64,000 nucleotides of DNA from Acidobacteriota bacterium (GCA_965205505.1 CBDBHB010000009.1:768001-832000), one strand, 5' to 3'. Counted from the first letter of the stretch, positions 10,429-20,920 are shown. Notes: generated by a model not told the origin, from the sequence alone. Program-made: numbers and translations.

Positions 10429-11640
10429 TTACGCGTTGCCAGGCGAGCGGGATAGCACGAAATCCGCGTAAGCGCGGGCTGAGCTGCTGTACCACTGGAA
10501 CGCTCCTTCGCGCACGGTGCGCCACGAGTCGTAGATCTTGCGGTATCCGGCATCTGCTGCGGCATTTTCCTCGAACAGCTCGAACGAGCGATCGAAGGCC
10601 GCGTTGAGCACGTCGTCTGAGAACGGTCGAAGCTGTACGCCGGTGGCCAGCAAGCGTTGAAGCGCCGGCGGGGTGAGTGCCTCATAGCTGGCCGTCATGT
10701 GCGCCGCTACGTCGGCGGTGGCGCTCTCGAACATTGCCTGGTACTCCAGCGACAGCCCGTTCCAGCGGTCACGGTTGACGTAGAACGACAGCATTGGTCC
10801 GGGTTCCCACCAGCACGGGTGGTAGTAGTTCTTGGCGATCTCGTGGAAGCCGAGTTGCTCGTCGTCGTAGGGCCCGGCCCATTCGGTGGCGTCGATAGCG
10901 CCGCGCTCCAGCGCCGGGTACACGTCGCCGCCGGCGATCACCTGCACGATCACCCCCATGCGACGCATCACCTCGCCGCCGAGCCCGGGGATCCTCATCT
11001 TCAGCCCCTGCAGATCGTCCAGGCTGTTGACTTCACGCTTGAACCAGCCGCCCATCTGGGAGCCCGTCGACCCGGCCGGGAAGGTGATCGCGTTGAAATC
11101 GGCCAACACCTCGCGCATGAGCTCCAGCCCGCCGCCCCGATACAGCCAACCAAGCTGCTGCGACGCCATGAGACCGAACGGCATGCCGATCTCGAATGCG
11201 AACGCCGGGTTCTTGCCGGTGTAGTAGTAGCTCGCTGTGTGGCCGACCTCGATGGTGCGCTGCTGCACCGCGTCGAGTACTTGTAGTCCGGGAACGATCT
11301 CTCCGGCAGGATAGGGCCGCAGCTGAAACAGGCCGCCCGACAGTTGGTCCAGCCGCTCGGCCAGCCGCTCGTTGATGCCGTAAAGCAGGTCCAGTCCACG
11401 TGGAAAGCTCGACGTCAGTCGCCAGTGCACCCGCTCGCGGGTGTGGACCGCTGGGGCCGCTTGCTCCGAGCGACAGGCGGCCCCGGCTGTGGCGCTGGCC
11501 GCCGTGGCGACGATCGCCTGCCTGACGAAAGTCCTGCGGTCGAGGGGCGCCGTGGCGTTGGATCGACGACCCGAGCGAGATGTTGCTGTCGAGCTCACGC
11601 CGCTATGCGGCGCACGGCACCCTTTCTCGTCGTTGACCAT
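10429..11640 (-). CDS. TRAP transporter substrate-binding protein (TakP-like), Tat signal
   Basis: DRRTFV twin-arginine motif; WRLTSSFP, GSTGSQMGGWFKRE, GLKMRIPGLGG and DATEWAGPYDD motifs. Confidence 0.9.
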   Translation of the reverse strand: MVNDEKGCRAPHSGVSSTATSRSGRRSNATAPLDRRTFVRQAIVATAASATAGAACRSEQAAPAVHTRERVHWRLTSSFPRGLDLLYGINERLAERLDQLSGGLFQLRPYPAGEIVPGLQVLDAVQQRTIEVGHTASYYYTGKNPAFAFEIGMPFGLMASQQLGWLYRGGGLELMREVLADFNAITFPAGSTGSQMGGWFKREVNSLDDLQGLKMRIPGLGGEVMRRMGVIVQVIAGGDVYPALERGAIDATEWAGPYDDEQLGFHEIAKNYYHPCWWEPGPMLSFYVNRDRWNGLSLEYQAMFESATADVAAHMTASYEALTPPALQRLLATGVQLRPFSDDVLNAAFDRSFELFEENAAADAGYRKIYDSWRTVREGAFQWYSSSARAYADFVLSRSPGNA

Positions 11641-11744
11641 GGCGCGCCAGTTTCTCACGCCTTACCCGCAGGCCGCACTTGGCCCTCGGGGGACCCTCGG
11701 CCGAGCTTCCGGGCGGTCGATGCCGATGCTGCGAGTCGAGGGCC

Positions 11745-12047
11745 GGGATCGAGGGCGGCCTGCTGTTTGATTCGTCCGACGGGCAGGGCTTCAACAGCAT
11801 GTTCGCCTGGCGAGGCCCTTACATCACCGATGCCGTCGACCCCGACCCTTGGGGCAACCGCTACATGGCGAACGTGTTTGCTCTTCACGTACCGCAGGGC
11901 TGGGACGCCGACGGGTTCACCAGCGCTGTCGTGTGCTACTCGGCCGGCCCGGACGAGGAGGTCGACACCAGCTTCAGCCAGCCCGGCGGCTGGAGCACTG
12001 GCGATGACGACGTGACGGCGTTGCTCAACGCTGCCGGGAGCCGATAG
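11745..12047 (+). pseudogene. C-terminal fragment of a GspG/pseudopilin-like protein
   Basis: WRGPY...DPWGNRY...YSAGPD, typical of the T2SS G domain. No prepilin N-terminus is present. Confidence 0.6.
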
Positions 12048-12779
12048 GTGAGCAGGCGGCGGGCGAGTATCGGTCGGGTGATCATGCCGTGCCTGCTGGC
12101 GGTGAGTATGGTCGGTACGGTCGCCGATTCGGCCGGCGGTATGGAGGAGTATCGGGCGATCGATGGAAGTGGCAACAGCTACCTGAAGCCTGATCGTGGC
12201 GCGGCGGGAACGTACCTGATGCGGCTCGCGGGCCATGCGTATGCCGATCTGATGTCGGAGCCATCGGGTCCCGACCGACCCAGCGCGCGCGAGATCTCCA
12301 ACGAGGTAGCGCAACAGACGAAGCTCGCCTTGAACCACGCTCGCGGCACCGACTACATGTGGTTGTGGGGGCAGTTCCTCGACCACGACATCGATCTGTC
12401 GCCCGAAATGGGCCCCAAAGAGCCATTTCCTATCAAGGTCCCGGTAGGCGACCCGCATTTTGACCCCGCCAGAACCGGCACGCAGGTGATCGGTTTGAAT
12501 CGCAGCATCTACGACACCGGCACAGGCCAAACACGCAACAACCCGCGTCGGCAGACGAACATGATCACGGCGTGGATCGATGCCTCCAACGTCTATGGCT
12601 CCAGTCGCTCCCGCGCTGATGCCCTTCGCCGCCACAATGGGGATGGCCTGCTGAAGACGAGTGCGGGCGATCTATTGCCGTTCAACACCGCCGGCCTCGA
12701 TAACGCCGGTGGGCCCGGCCCGGCACTCTTCCTGGCGGGGGACGTGCGCGCCAACGAGCAGGTGGGGTTGACGGCACTG
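12048..12779 (+). pseudogene. Animal-type heme peroxidase, N-terminal half only
   Basis: YRAIDGSGN, WGQFLDHDIDL (distal His), NMITAWIDASNVYG and GDVRANEQVGLTAL. The sequence breaks just before the expected HT-x-F-x-REHN motif. Confidence 0.85.
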
Positions 12780-12938
12780 CCGCGGTGGTGCTGCCCGGTA
12801 AGTTGCTGGCATCCGACCTCGCCGTGCGCACCGAAGGGCGGCCGCTTCGCAGCGGCGTGTCCTCGGGGCGAAGGTAGCTGGGCCCACGGTATGGCCATCC
12901 CGGCGGAGTACTACCTGGATGAGAAGCACTACTTGAAC
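12780..12938 (+). pseudogene. Possible N-terminal fragment of a Rieske oxygenase alpha subunit
   Basis: WAHGMAIPAEYYLDEKHYLN resembles the LP-x-x-YY-x-D N-terminal motif of ring-hydroxylating oxygenases. No Rieske motif follows. Confidence 0.4.
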
Positions 12939-13030
12939 GCCGGACCTGAAGTCGGGACGACCCGCAGCGCAAGCCCCAGCAGGGACGCTCCGACGGCGGT
13001 CGGCGCTTGCTTGACTACGACAGGTCGGAT

Positions 13031-13969
13031 CTACGGTGTCGACTTCAGGAACACGCCCTCCTGAAGATCTCGGTACGCTTGGGCGAGCTCGGCACGGGTG
13101 TTCATGACGATCGGGCCGCGCCAGGCGACCGGCTCCTGCAGTGGCTTGCCGGACACGAGCAGGAAACGGAGCCCCTCCTCACCCGATTGCACAACGATCT
13201 CGTCACCGCGGTCGAAAAGCACCAATGAACGGTTGTCGGCGTGGACCACCGGCGTTCCGGTAGCTTCACCCTCGAGCATCGCCTCGCCGTTGTCCACGGC
13301 CACCCATTCGGTCGGAGCCGCCAGCGGATCCGACGCATTGAGAAACTGTCCGTCTCCGGCGAACACGTAGGCGAACGCGTGGCGCTGCGTTTCGACCGGA
13401 ATTCGCTTCTTGGTGTTCGGTGGGATCGATACGTCGATATAGTGCGGATCAGTGGCGATTCCGTCTACCGGACCTGTTGCTCCCCAAACGTTGCCGCAGA
13501 TCACGCGCACCTTGGTGCTGTCGTCGTCGACCACCTCGGGGATATCAGCGGACTTGATGTCCTGATAGCGGGGTGGCGTCATTTTGAGCGCGCGCGGCAG
13601 GTTCGCCCAAAGTTGGAACCCATGCATGCGCCCGTCGGCGTCGCCCTTGGGCATCTCCTGGTGGATGATGCCGCTGCCCGCTGTCATCCATTGGACGTCG
13701 CCCGGCGCAATCGCGCCCGAGTTGCCGAGGCTGTCGCCGTGATCCACGGTGCCCGCCAGCACGTAGGTGATCGTCTCGATGCCGCGGTGTGGGTGCCACG
13801 GGAATCCCGCAAGGTACTCTTCGGGCACATCGTTGCGGAAATCGTCGAGCAGCAGAAACGGGTCGAAGTCGTCGGTCTTGCCAAAGCCGAAGGCGCGTCG
13901 CAAGTGTACGCCGGCGCCCTCGATGTGCGGAGCGGCGCTGACGAGGTTTTTCACGGGCCGTATCGACAT
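13031..13969 (-). CDS. Pirin family protein
   Basis: DPFLLLDDF, GFPWHPHRGIETITY, VQWMTAGSGIIHQE and EPVAWRGPIVMN motifs. Confidence 0.96.
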   Translation of the reverse strand: MSIRPVKNLVSAAPHIEGAGVHLRRAFGFGKTDDFDPFLLLDDFRNDVPEEYLAGFPWHPHRGIETITYVLAGTVDHGDSLGNSGAIAPGDVQWMTAGSGIIHQEMPKGDADGRMHGFQLWANLPRALKMTPPRYQDIKSADIPEVVDDDSTKVRVICGNVWGATGPVDGIATDPHYIDVSIPPNTKKRIPVETQRHAFAYVFAGDGQFLNASDPLAAPTEWVAVDNGEAMLEGEATGTPVVHADNRSLVLFDRGDEIVVQSGEEGLRFLLVSGKPLQEPVAWRGPIVMNTRAELAQAYRDLQEGVFLKSTP

Positions 13970-14086
13970 GTAGCTTCGTTCCTGGTCTATTGAACGGACC
14001 CGGACAGCATAACGTTAGCTACGTACGTCGCGCCCCTCCATCGGTTGGCTGACGCGGGTGAGCACGACAATGACCAGGAAACCTCA

Positions 14087-15472
14087 ATGCGCGTCCTGCT
14101 GATCTCGACCTACGAGCTTGGTCGACAGCCGTTCGGTCTGGCGTCGCCGGCGGCGTGGATTCGCGCCACTGGTGCCGATGTGGAGTGCCTCGATCTGGCC
14201 TTGCAGGACCTCGACGAGGACGCCGTGCGCCGCTCCGACGCGGTGGGCTTCTATCTTCCAATGCATACCGCCACGCGGATCGCGCTGGCGGCGCTTCCCA
14301 AGCTACGCGATTGGAACCCCATCGCGAGGCTGTTCGCCTGGGGGCTGTACGCACCCGTTTGCGCGGCGGAGCTGCGTAGCCGCGGAGTCAGCTTTCTCGT
14401 AGGCGGCGAGTTCGAGCTCGATCTTCTCGACTTCTTGCAGAACCGTCATGGCGACGATTGCAGCGATGGTGTCAGGATTTCCCACGAGCGCTTGGACTTT
14501 CGGGTGCCAGACCGGACCGGGCTACCGCCCCTGCGGGAGTATGCTCACCTCTGCATGCCCGATGGCACCGAACGGATCGTCGGGGCCACCGAGGCATCAC
14601 GGGGCTGTAAGCACCTGTGCCGTCACTGTCCCGTGGTTCCCGTCTACGGCGGCAAGTTCCGCATCGTGCAGCCCGACGTCGTGCTCGCCGATGTAGCGCA
14701 GCAGGTCGAGGTCGGCGCCCAGCACATCACCTTCGGGGATCCCGACTTTCTCAACGGCCCCAAGCATGCGATGCGCGTCGTGGAGACGCTGCACGAACGG
14801 TTCCCAGATGTGACCTACGACGTCACCGTCAAGATCGAGCACATCCTCGACAACCGGGAATGCCTGCCGACGTTGCGCGACACCGGCTGCGTTCTGGTGA
14901 CGAGTGCGGTCGAGTCGATCGACGACGCCACCCTGTGGATCCTCGACAAAGGCCATACGCGCGACGATTTCGTGCGCGCGGTTGAGCTATGTAGGAACGT
15001 GGCACTGCATCTGCAGCCGACGTTCGTGCCGTTCAATCCCTGGACCAGCCTCGAGGGCTATGCCTCGCTGTTGGAGAGTCTGGTCGAGCTTGGTCTCGTG
15101 GGTCAGGTAACTCCTATCCAGCTGGCGATCCGTTTGCTGATTCCGCGCCGATCGAGGCTCATGGAGCTGCCGGAAGTTGCGTCGGATGTGGGCCCCTACG
15201 ACGAGGCGATACTGGGTTACCCGTGGGCGCACGCCGATCCTCGCGTAGATGCCCTGCAACTTCAGATTGAGCGGTTGGTCGCGCAGGCTGCGGCCGCCGG
15301 TCAGGAGCGCGGCAGCACGTTCGCGCAGGTATGGGAAGCTACGCGTGCGGCCGATCGCACCACGCGCCTTCCGGAGCTCCCGGACGTCCCGGCTCGAGCC
15401 ACGATCCCTTATCTCACCGAGCCGTGGTACTGCTGAGCGGAGCCCACCGCGGAGCAGTTAGCTCCGTACTAG
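14087..15472 (+). CDS. CUAEP-tail B12-binding radical SAM selenoprotein (TGA 15434-15436 read as Sec)
   Basis: N-terminal cobalamin-binding-like domain and CKHLCRHC (CxxxCxxC). The C-terminus reads EPWYC-TGA-AEPTAEQLAPY-TAG, with a SECIS-like hairpin downstream. Confidence 0.88.
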
Positions 15473-15475
15473 TGG
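15444..15475 (+). promoter_or_regulatory. Candidate bacterial SECIS element
   Basis: GCGGAGC-AGTTA-GCTCCGT upper stem (15449-15467) with a G in the apical loop about 20 nt after the UGA, plus a CCAC/GTGG lower pairing. Confidence 0.7.
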
Positions 15476-15498
15476 CACCCAGCTGCCGCAGCTCCGCG

Positions 15499-16830
15499 CT
15501 ACTGCTGCAGTTCCGCGGCCACCCGCTCCACCTGACGCAGCGCCCGCAACAGGTTCAGCCCGACGATCTTGCTGACGTCCTCGTCGCTATGTCCGCGGCG
15601 CAACAGCTCGGCGACCAGGTACGGATAGCGCGTCACGTCCTCGAGCCCTACGACCATCGACGGTGTGCCGCTGTCATAGAAATCCGAGCCGAAGCCGACG
15701 TGGTCGATGCCGGCGACCTCGATGATGTGCTCGATGTGGTCGGCCACATCCGAGAGGGTTCCGCGCGGGGCCGGGTTGGCCTCTGCCCATAGCTCGAGCC
15801 GGCGGGCGATCTCGGCGGCGTCGTCGAGCTCGGCGCGCAGGCGCTCGAGCATGTCGTGGCTGCGAACGGCCCACAGTGGCTCGACGCCCGTCAGCATGCT
15901 GATCATCGTTTCGCGCATCGTGTCGGCGCCGTAGGTGCGGTCCCACTCCGCCCGCGTCGGCGCCACGTAGCCGGCGATGAAGTTCACCATCACCACGCCG
16001 CCGTTCTCTGCCACCAGCTGCAGGATGTCGTCGGGCACGTTACGCCGGTGCGGGTTCACACCGCGAGCGCTGGAGTGCGAGTACAGCACCGGCGCGCGGC
16101 TCACCCGAAGCGCGTCGCGCATGGTGTCGTCGCTGACGTGCGACAGGTCGACGAACATGCCCAGTCGGTTCATCTCGCGCACCACACGCTCTCCGAACTC
16201 GGTGAGTCCGCCGTGCAGCGGCATGTCGGTTGCCGAGTCGGCCCAGTCGGTGCTGCGAAAGTGCGTCAACGTCATGTATCGGGCGCCGAGCTCGTAGAAC
16301 AAGCGCAGCGCCGCAAGCTGGTTGTTGATCATGTGGCCACCCTCGATGCCGATCATCGAGCCGATGCGACCGGCGGCGAAGATGCGCTCGACGTCGTCGG
16401 CGGTATCGGCGAGCTCCAAGTCGTAGTAGGCGGCGACGAACTGCCGTACCACATCGATCGCGGTGAGCGCCGTCTCCAGCTCGGTGTCGGTCCACATGGT
16501 GGCCGACTCGGAGAACGCAGCCCAGAATTGACCGCCGACCATGCCCTCGCGTAGCCGCGGGATATCAGCCGCCAGCATCGCCTGGCGCTGGTTCAGATCC
16601 ACGCGCGACGGTTCCGAATCGTGCTGTAGGGTGATCGTGTAGGCGAGGTCGTTGTGCCCATCGATCAACGGTACCCGTGCGAGAATCTCGCGGGCGCGCG
16701 TCAGGTACTCGTCTTCTTGTACCTGGGGGCCCGGCGCGGCGGCCAGAGCACCCGCCGTCAGCAGGAGCGCCGCGGTGATGGTGAGCACGCAGGGTGAGCA
16801 AATCGGCTCGAAACGGCGCCTGTTCCTCAT
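15499..16830 (-). CDS. Membrane dipeptidase (peptidase M19)
   Basis: LIDGHNDL, GGQFWA, IGIEGGH, YMTLTH, VDLSHVS and DHVGFGSDF motifs; signal peptide. Confidence 0.94.
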   Translation of the reverse strand: MRNRRRFEPICSPCVLTITAALLLTAGALAAAPGPQVQEDEYLTRAREILARVPLIDGHNDLAYTITLQHDSEPSRVDLNQRQAMLAADIPRLREGMVGGQFWAAFSESATMWTDTELETALTAIDVVRQFVAAYYDLELADTADDVERIFAAGRIGSMIGIEGGHMINNQLAALRLFYELGARYMTLTHFRSTDWADSATDMPLHGGLTEFGERVVREMNRLGMFVDLSHVSDDTMRDALRVSRAPVLYSHSSARGVNPHRRNVPDDILQLVAENGGVVMVNFIAGYVAPTRAEWDRTYGADTMRETMISMLTGVEPLWAVRSHDMLERLRAELDDAAEIARRLELWAEANPAPRGTLSDVADHIEHIIEVAGIDHVGFGSDFYDSGTPSMVVGLEDVTRYPYLVAELLRRGHSDEDVSKIVGLNLLRALRQVERVAAELQQ

Positions 16831-16942
16831 CGTCACCAAGCCTCCTGATCGCAGTCGCGGTTGGAACTATGTGGCGTCGAGAGAGTATCGTCTCAGCGGT
16901 CAACTATCTGTATTGCCAATTGTTCACAGTGGAGGTTTCAAC

Positions 16943-18259
16943 ATGTCGCGTCGAGTCGCCGCTCTGTTCGTCATCACTTTCTTCATCGCGGTGACGTCGG
17001 CAGCTGCCATCGCACAGCAGTGGACCCCGGACAAGCCGGGCAGCGACAACATCGAGGTGGTGTCGCACCTGCCGCTCGGTCCGGCGCTCAGCACTGCCGA
17101 CATCGAGATCGAGCAGGAGCTATCGCGACCCTACGCCTACGTGGCGCGCGAGATTTTCGGCGAGTTCGGTGAAAAAGGCTTGGACGTGATCGATCTCACC
17201 GATCCGGCCAATCCCAAGCGCATTCACGAATGGCGCATCGAGGACCAAGACCTACACGCCGGCGCCGGCGGCAAGGACGTCAAGTACTTCATGTGGGAGG
17301 GCCGCTACTACGTCGTGCTTTCCGTCCAGTTCGCTCAGGGCGGACCGAACCCCGACCTCGGCGCGATCATCTTCGACGTGACCGACCTGCCGGAGAAGAT
17401 CGTCGAGGTGGCGCGCATCCGCGAGCCGGAGCTCGTCGGCGGATTCCATAATATCTTCATCTATGCGCACAGCAACGGTCGCCCGCTGCTGTTCACCACG
17501 CTGCGCGGGCCCGGCGCCGGGGTCTATGACCTGGTGCATGTGCTCAACGGAGCCATGGACGATGCGCGTGTCGCCAACGTACCCGTCGGAACCGGCGCGG
17601 ATGGCGATCGCGGCTACCGCGGCTACCACGACTTCTACGTTGGCTGGCACGAGGACACCCAGACCGATCGTTTTTACGGCGGCGGCACCGACGGGTATTA
17701 CATCTACGACGTCACCAACCTCGAGGCCCCCGAGCTCCTGATATCGCTCACCGGCATTTCCGGGGTGCAATACGGCCACACGTTCACACCCACACCGGAC
17801 GGTCGCTACGTGATCGCCGAGACCGAGTACCAATACGCGCCGCTGCGGATCTTCGACCTGCAGCCGGCGCTCGATGGCGAGGTACAGAACATCCGTAGTC
17901 CGATCGGCGCGTGGACAGCCGACTGGCGCCACCTGGTACACAACCATGAGGTGCGTTGGCCCTACGTGTTCGTCTCGGGCTATTTGGATGGGCTGCAGGT
18001 GTTCAGCATGATGGACCCGGCAAACCCGGTGACGGTCGCCTATTACGACACCTATCTGGGATCGCCGAACCCCGGCGGTGGCACCGGCGCGATGTTCAAC
18101 GGCGCCTGGGGCGTCGACGTGCGCAACGAGGACGGCCTCATCGTAATCAGCGACATGACGACGGGTTTCTGGGCCTTCAGGATGGATGGCTTCAGCGGTT
18201 GGAATGGCGCCGACTGGGGCATGCCCGAGACCTCGAGCGCACAGGTGTGGACACGGTAG
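16943..18259 (+). CDS. Secreted LVIVD-repeat beta-propeller protein
   Basis: SD GGAGG, signal peptide, repeated GLDVIDLTDP/GLQVFSMMDP blades, His motifs (FHNIF, YHDF, GHTF, VHNH) and GAWGV. Confidence 0.75.
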   Translation: MSRRVAALFVITFFIAVTSAAAIAQQWTPDKPGSDNIEVVSHLPLGPALSTADIEIEQELSRPYAYVAREIFGEFGEKGLDVIDLTDPANPKRIHEWRIEDQDLHAGAGGKDVKYFMWEGRYYVVLSVQFAQGGPNPDLGAIIFDVTDLPEKIVEVARIREPELVGGFHNIFIYAHSNGRPLLFTTLRGPGAGVYDLVHVLNGAMDDARVANVPVGTGADGDRGYRGYHDFYVGWHEDTQTDRFYGGGTDGYYIYDVTNLEAPELLISLTGISGVQYGHTFTPTPDGRYVIAETEYQYAPLRIFDLQPALDGEVQNIRSPIGAWTADWRHLVHNHEVRWPYVFVSGYLDGLQVFSMMDPANPVTVAYYDTYLGSPNPGGGTGAMFNGAWGVDVRNEDGLIVISDMTTGFWAFRMDGFSGWNGADWGMPETSSAQVWTR

Positions 18260-18303
18260 CGTACGGCTGTCGCAATCGAGACTCTGCCAGAGCGGCGACA
18301 AGC

Positions 18304-19311
18304 ATGACCCTTCGCGTCGGGCGACTCTCCACGCTGGTCGTCGGCCTCGTGGGCGGCGCTGCTGTTCTCGGCGCCATCCCGGTCAGCAGCCCGACCTCTA
18401 CGTTCGAGCGGCTGTACTCCGATGACAGCCCGTTCAACCAGAAGATCGCAGTGGGCGCGCCCATCGACTCGAAGTCGGCGCACATGATTGGCAGCCTGGT
18501 GCGAGCGGGCCGTAAGCAGGGGTTTCTGATCGCGCTCAAGCGCTGGACGATTCCGATCTACTACGCCAGCGCCGACACTCCCCGCTACCGCGTGCGGATG
18601 ACCGCCAAGTGGGCGCCGGCGAGCTGGTTCGAGGGTGTGCCCATTCCCGACGGCGCGGCGCCAGACCCGGCGGCCGACGGGCACATGGTCATCATCGACC
18701 GCGACACCGGGTGTGAATACGACTTCTGGCGGGCCAAGAAGCGCAAGAGCGGCAAGTGGCGGGCGAGCTGGGGAAATAGCTTGCGAACCGACGGCGACGG
18801 CATCTTCCCGCGCGGGCTTTCGGCGCGCGGCTCCGGGTTCGCGCTCCCCGCCAGGATGATCTTCCCCGACGAGCTTGTCGACGGCCGCATCGATCACGCG
18901 CTGCAATTCAGCTACGACTACCCGAAGCGCGGCGGTCCGGTGGAGCCGGCTACCGAGAGCGATGGGCATTCGAGGCGATCGGACGCGATTCCCGAAGGTG
19001 CGCGCCTACGACTAGATCCGACGCTCGAGCTCGACTCACTCGGCCTCACTCGCTACGAGCGCATCATCGCCGAGGCGCTGCAACAGTACGGCATGATCCT
19101 CGCCGACAATGGCGGCGGCGTGGAGCTACAGGCCGTGCACCCGATGAGCTACGACGACGATGTCTATGCAGGCGTCCTGCCGGATCGGCGGTACGTGTAC
19201 TTGAACAACATTCCCCTCGATCGATTCGAAGTGCTGCAGCTGCCGCCGGAGACCGACCTCGAGAACGCCATCGTGCCCTCGGGCTGCGGCACGCTGACGC
19301 GCCGGCGGTAG
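18304..19311 (+). CDS. Secreted hypothetical protein (conserved uncharacterised family)
   Basis: Signal-like N-terminus; SPFNQ, DGHMVIID, EYDFW, IDHALQF, IPEGARLRLDP and ALQQYGMILADNGG motifs. Confidence 0.7.
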   Translation: MTLRVGRLSTLVVGLVGGAAVLGAIPVSSPTSTFERLYSDDSPFNQKIAVGAPIDSKSAHMIGSLVRAGRKQGFLIALKRWTIPIYYASADTPRYRVRMTAKWAPASWFEGVPIPDGAAPDPAADGHMVIIDRDTGCEYDFWRAKKRKSGKWRASWGNSLRTDGDGIFPRGLSARGSGFALPARMIFPDELVDGRIDHALQFSYDYPKRGGPVEPATESDGHSRRSDAIPEGARLRLDPTLELDSLGLTRYERIIAEALQQYGMILADNGGGVELQAVHPMSYDDDVYAGVLPDRRYVYLNNIPLDRFEVLQLPPETDLENAIVPSGCGTLTRRR

Positions 19312-19342
19312 CGTCGCAAGCGCGTCCAAATACGGAGAGCCG

Positions 19343-20920
19343 ATGCAGGTTCCATTGCTGGTCAACGACTTTCTGTCGCGCCCGGCGCTGCTGTATCCCG
19401 AAAAGACAGCGGTAGTCGACGGTGAGCGGCGCTTCTCGTATCGCGATCTTCAGGTGCGCGCCAACCGGCTGTCCAACGCGCTCGTCGGGCTCGACGTTGG
19501 CAAGGGAGATCGGGTGTGCATGCTCAGCCCCAACTCGCACTTCTTTCTGGAGAGTTTCTACGGCACCAGTCAGATCGGTGCGGTGCTGGTGCCGCTGAAC
19601 TATCGCCTCATGGCTGCCGATCACGAGTACATCCTCAACCACGCGGGTGTGACGGTAGTGCTCGTCGACCATGAGTATGTCGAGCTGGTCGACGAGATTC
19701 GACCGCGACTGCCGACCGTCCAGCACTGGATCGTGGCGCAAGACGAGGGCGACGCGCCGGAGGGGTGGGTTGCTTGGGAAGCGCTGATCGCCGCCGCCAG
19801 AGACGCATCGCCGACGGTGCCCGAGCTCGGCGAGAGCGACCTGGTGTCGATCAACTACACGTCCGGCACCACGGCTCGCCCGAAGGGCGTGATGTTGACG
19901 CACCGCAGCCTGTACCTGAACGCCTACAGCATGATCGCTCACCTGGGTATCGGCCACGACGACGTCGAGCTTTGGACGCTGCCCATGTTTCATTGCAATG
20001 GTTGGGGCGCCGTCTATGCGCTCACCGGAATGGGTGGCACCCACGTGGTGCTGCGCGCCATCGATGCCGAGCGGATCTTCAGCCTGATCGCCGGGGAAGG
20101 GGTGACCTTCGCCTGCATGGCGCCGGCGGTGCTGAACGCGATCCTGGAGTACCCCGACGCCGCCCGGCACGAGATCAGCACCAAGCCGCGCTTCGTGGTT
20201 GCGGGAGCCCCGCCTCCGGCGGCGTTCATCGAGCGCCTCGAGCAGGAGCTCGGCTGGGAGTTCATGCAGATCTACGGGCTCACCGAGACATCGCCGTACC
20301 TGACCGGCAACTTCGTGAGTCATGGTACCGCCCAGGACGACTATGATCGCCGCTCGCGTGTCGGTGTGCCGGGGCTCGGGGTGGACATCGTGCTGCTCGA
20401 CGACGACGGCAAAAAGGTACCGCGCGACAACGCCACCGTCGGTGAGATCTGCGCCCGCTCCAATGTAGTCTTCGAAGGTTACTGGAAGCAGCCAGAGGAG
20501 ACCGAGAAGGCGATCCGCGACGGCTACTTCCATACCGGCGACCTGGCGATCTGGGACGAGGTCGGCAACGTGAGCATTGTCGACCGCAAGAAAGACGTGA
20601 TCATTTCAGGCGGCGAGAACATCAGCTCCGCCGAGGTCGAGGACGCCCTCTATCAGCACCCCGCTGTGCTGGAGTGCGCCGTCATCGGCGTACCGCACGA
20701 GAAGTGGGGTGAGACGCCGATGGCGCTCGTCGTCCTGCGTGAGGGCGAGATCGCCGACGAAGACGCCCTGCTCGAGTTTTGCCGTCAACATCTAGCGCAC
20801 TTCAAGTGCCCTAGCTCGGTGCGCCTCATCGATGCGCTGCCGCGGACCGCGACCGGAAAGCTCCAGAAGTTCCGTTTACGCGAGGAGTTCTGGGAAGGCC
20901 AGGAACGCCGAGTGAACTGA
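19343..20920 (+). CDS. Acyl-CoA synthetase (AMP-forming)
   Basis: YTSGTTARPKG, YGLTET, FHTGDL, DRKKDVIISGGENI and PRTATGK motifs. Confidence 0.95.
   Translation: MQVPLLVNDFLSRPALLYPEKTAVVDGERRFSYRDLQVRANRLSNALVGLDVGKGDRVCMLSPNSHFFLESFYGTSQIGAVLVPLNYRLMAADHEYILNHAGVTVVLVDHEYVELVDEIRPRLPTVQHWIVAQDEGDAPEGWVAWEALIAAARDASPTVPELGESDLVSINYTSGTTARPKGVMLTHRSLYLNAYSMIAHLGIGHDDVELWTLPMFHCNGWGAVYALTGMGGTHVVLRAIDAERIFSLIAGEGVTFACMAPAVLNAILEYPDAARHEISTKPRFVVAGAPPPAAFIERLEQELGWEFMQIYGLTETSPYLTGNFVSHGTAQDDYDRRSRVGVPGLGVDIVLLDDDGKKVPRDNATVGEICARSNVVFEGYWKQPEETEKAIRDGYFHTGDLAIWDEVGNVSIVDRKKDVIISGGENISSAEVEDALYQHPAVLECAVIGVPHEKWGETPMALVVLREGEIADEDALLEFCRQHLAHFKCPSSVRLIDALPRTATGKLQKFRLREEFWEGQERRVN

Noticed and set aside
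12048-13064. 338-aa ORF as a novel Cys-rich peroxidase
   Set aside because: It lacks the proximal-His half, and the Cys-rich part appears to be out-of-frame read-through of an unrelated fragment.
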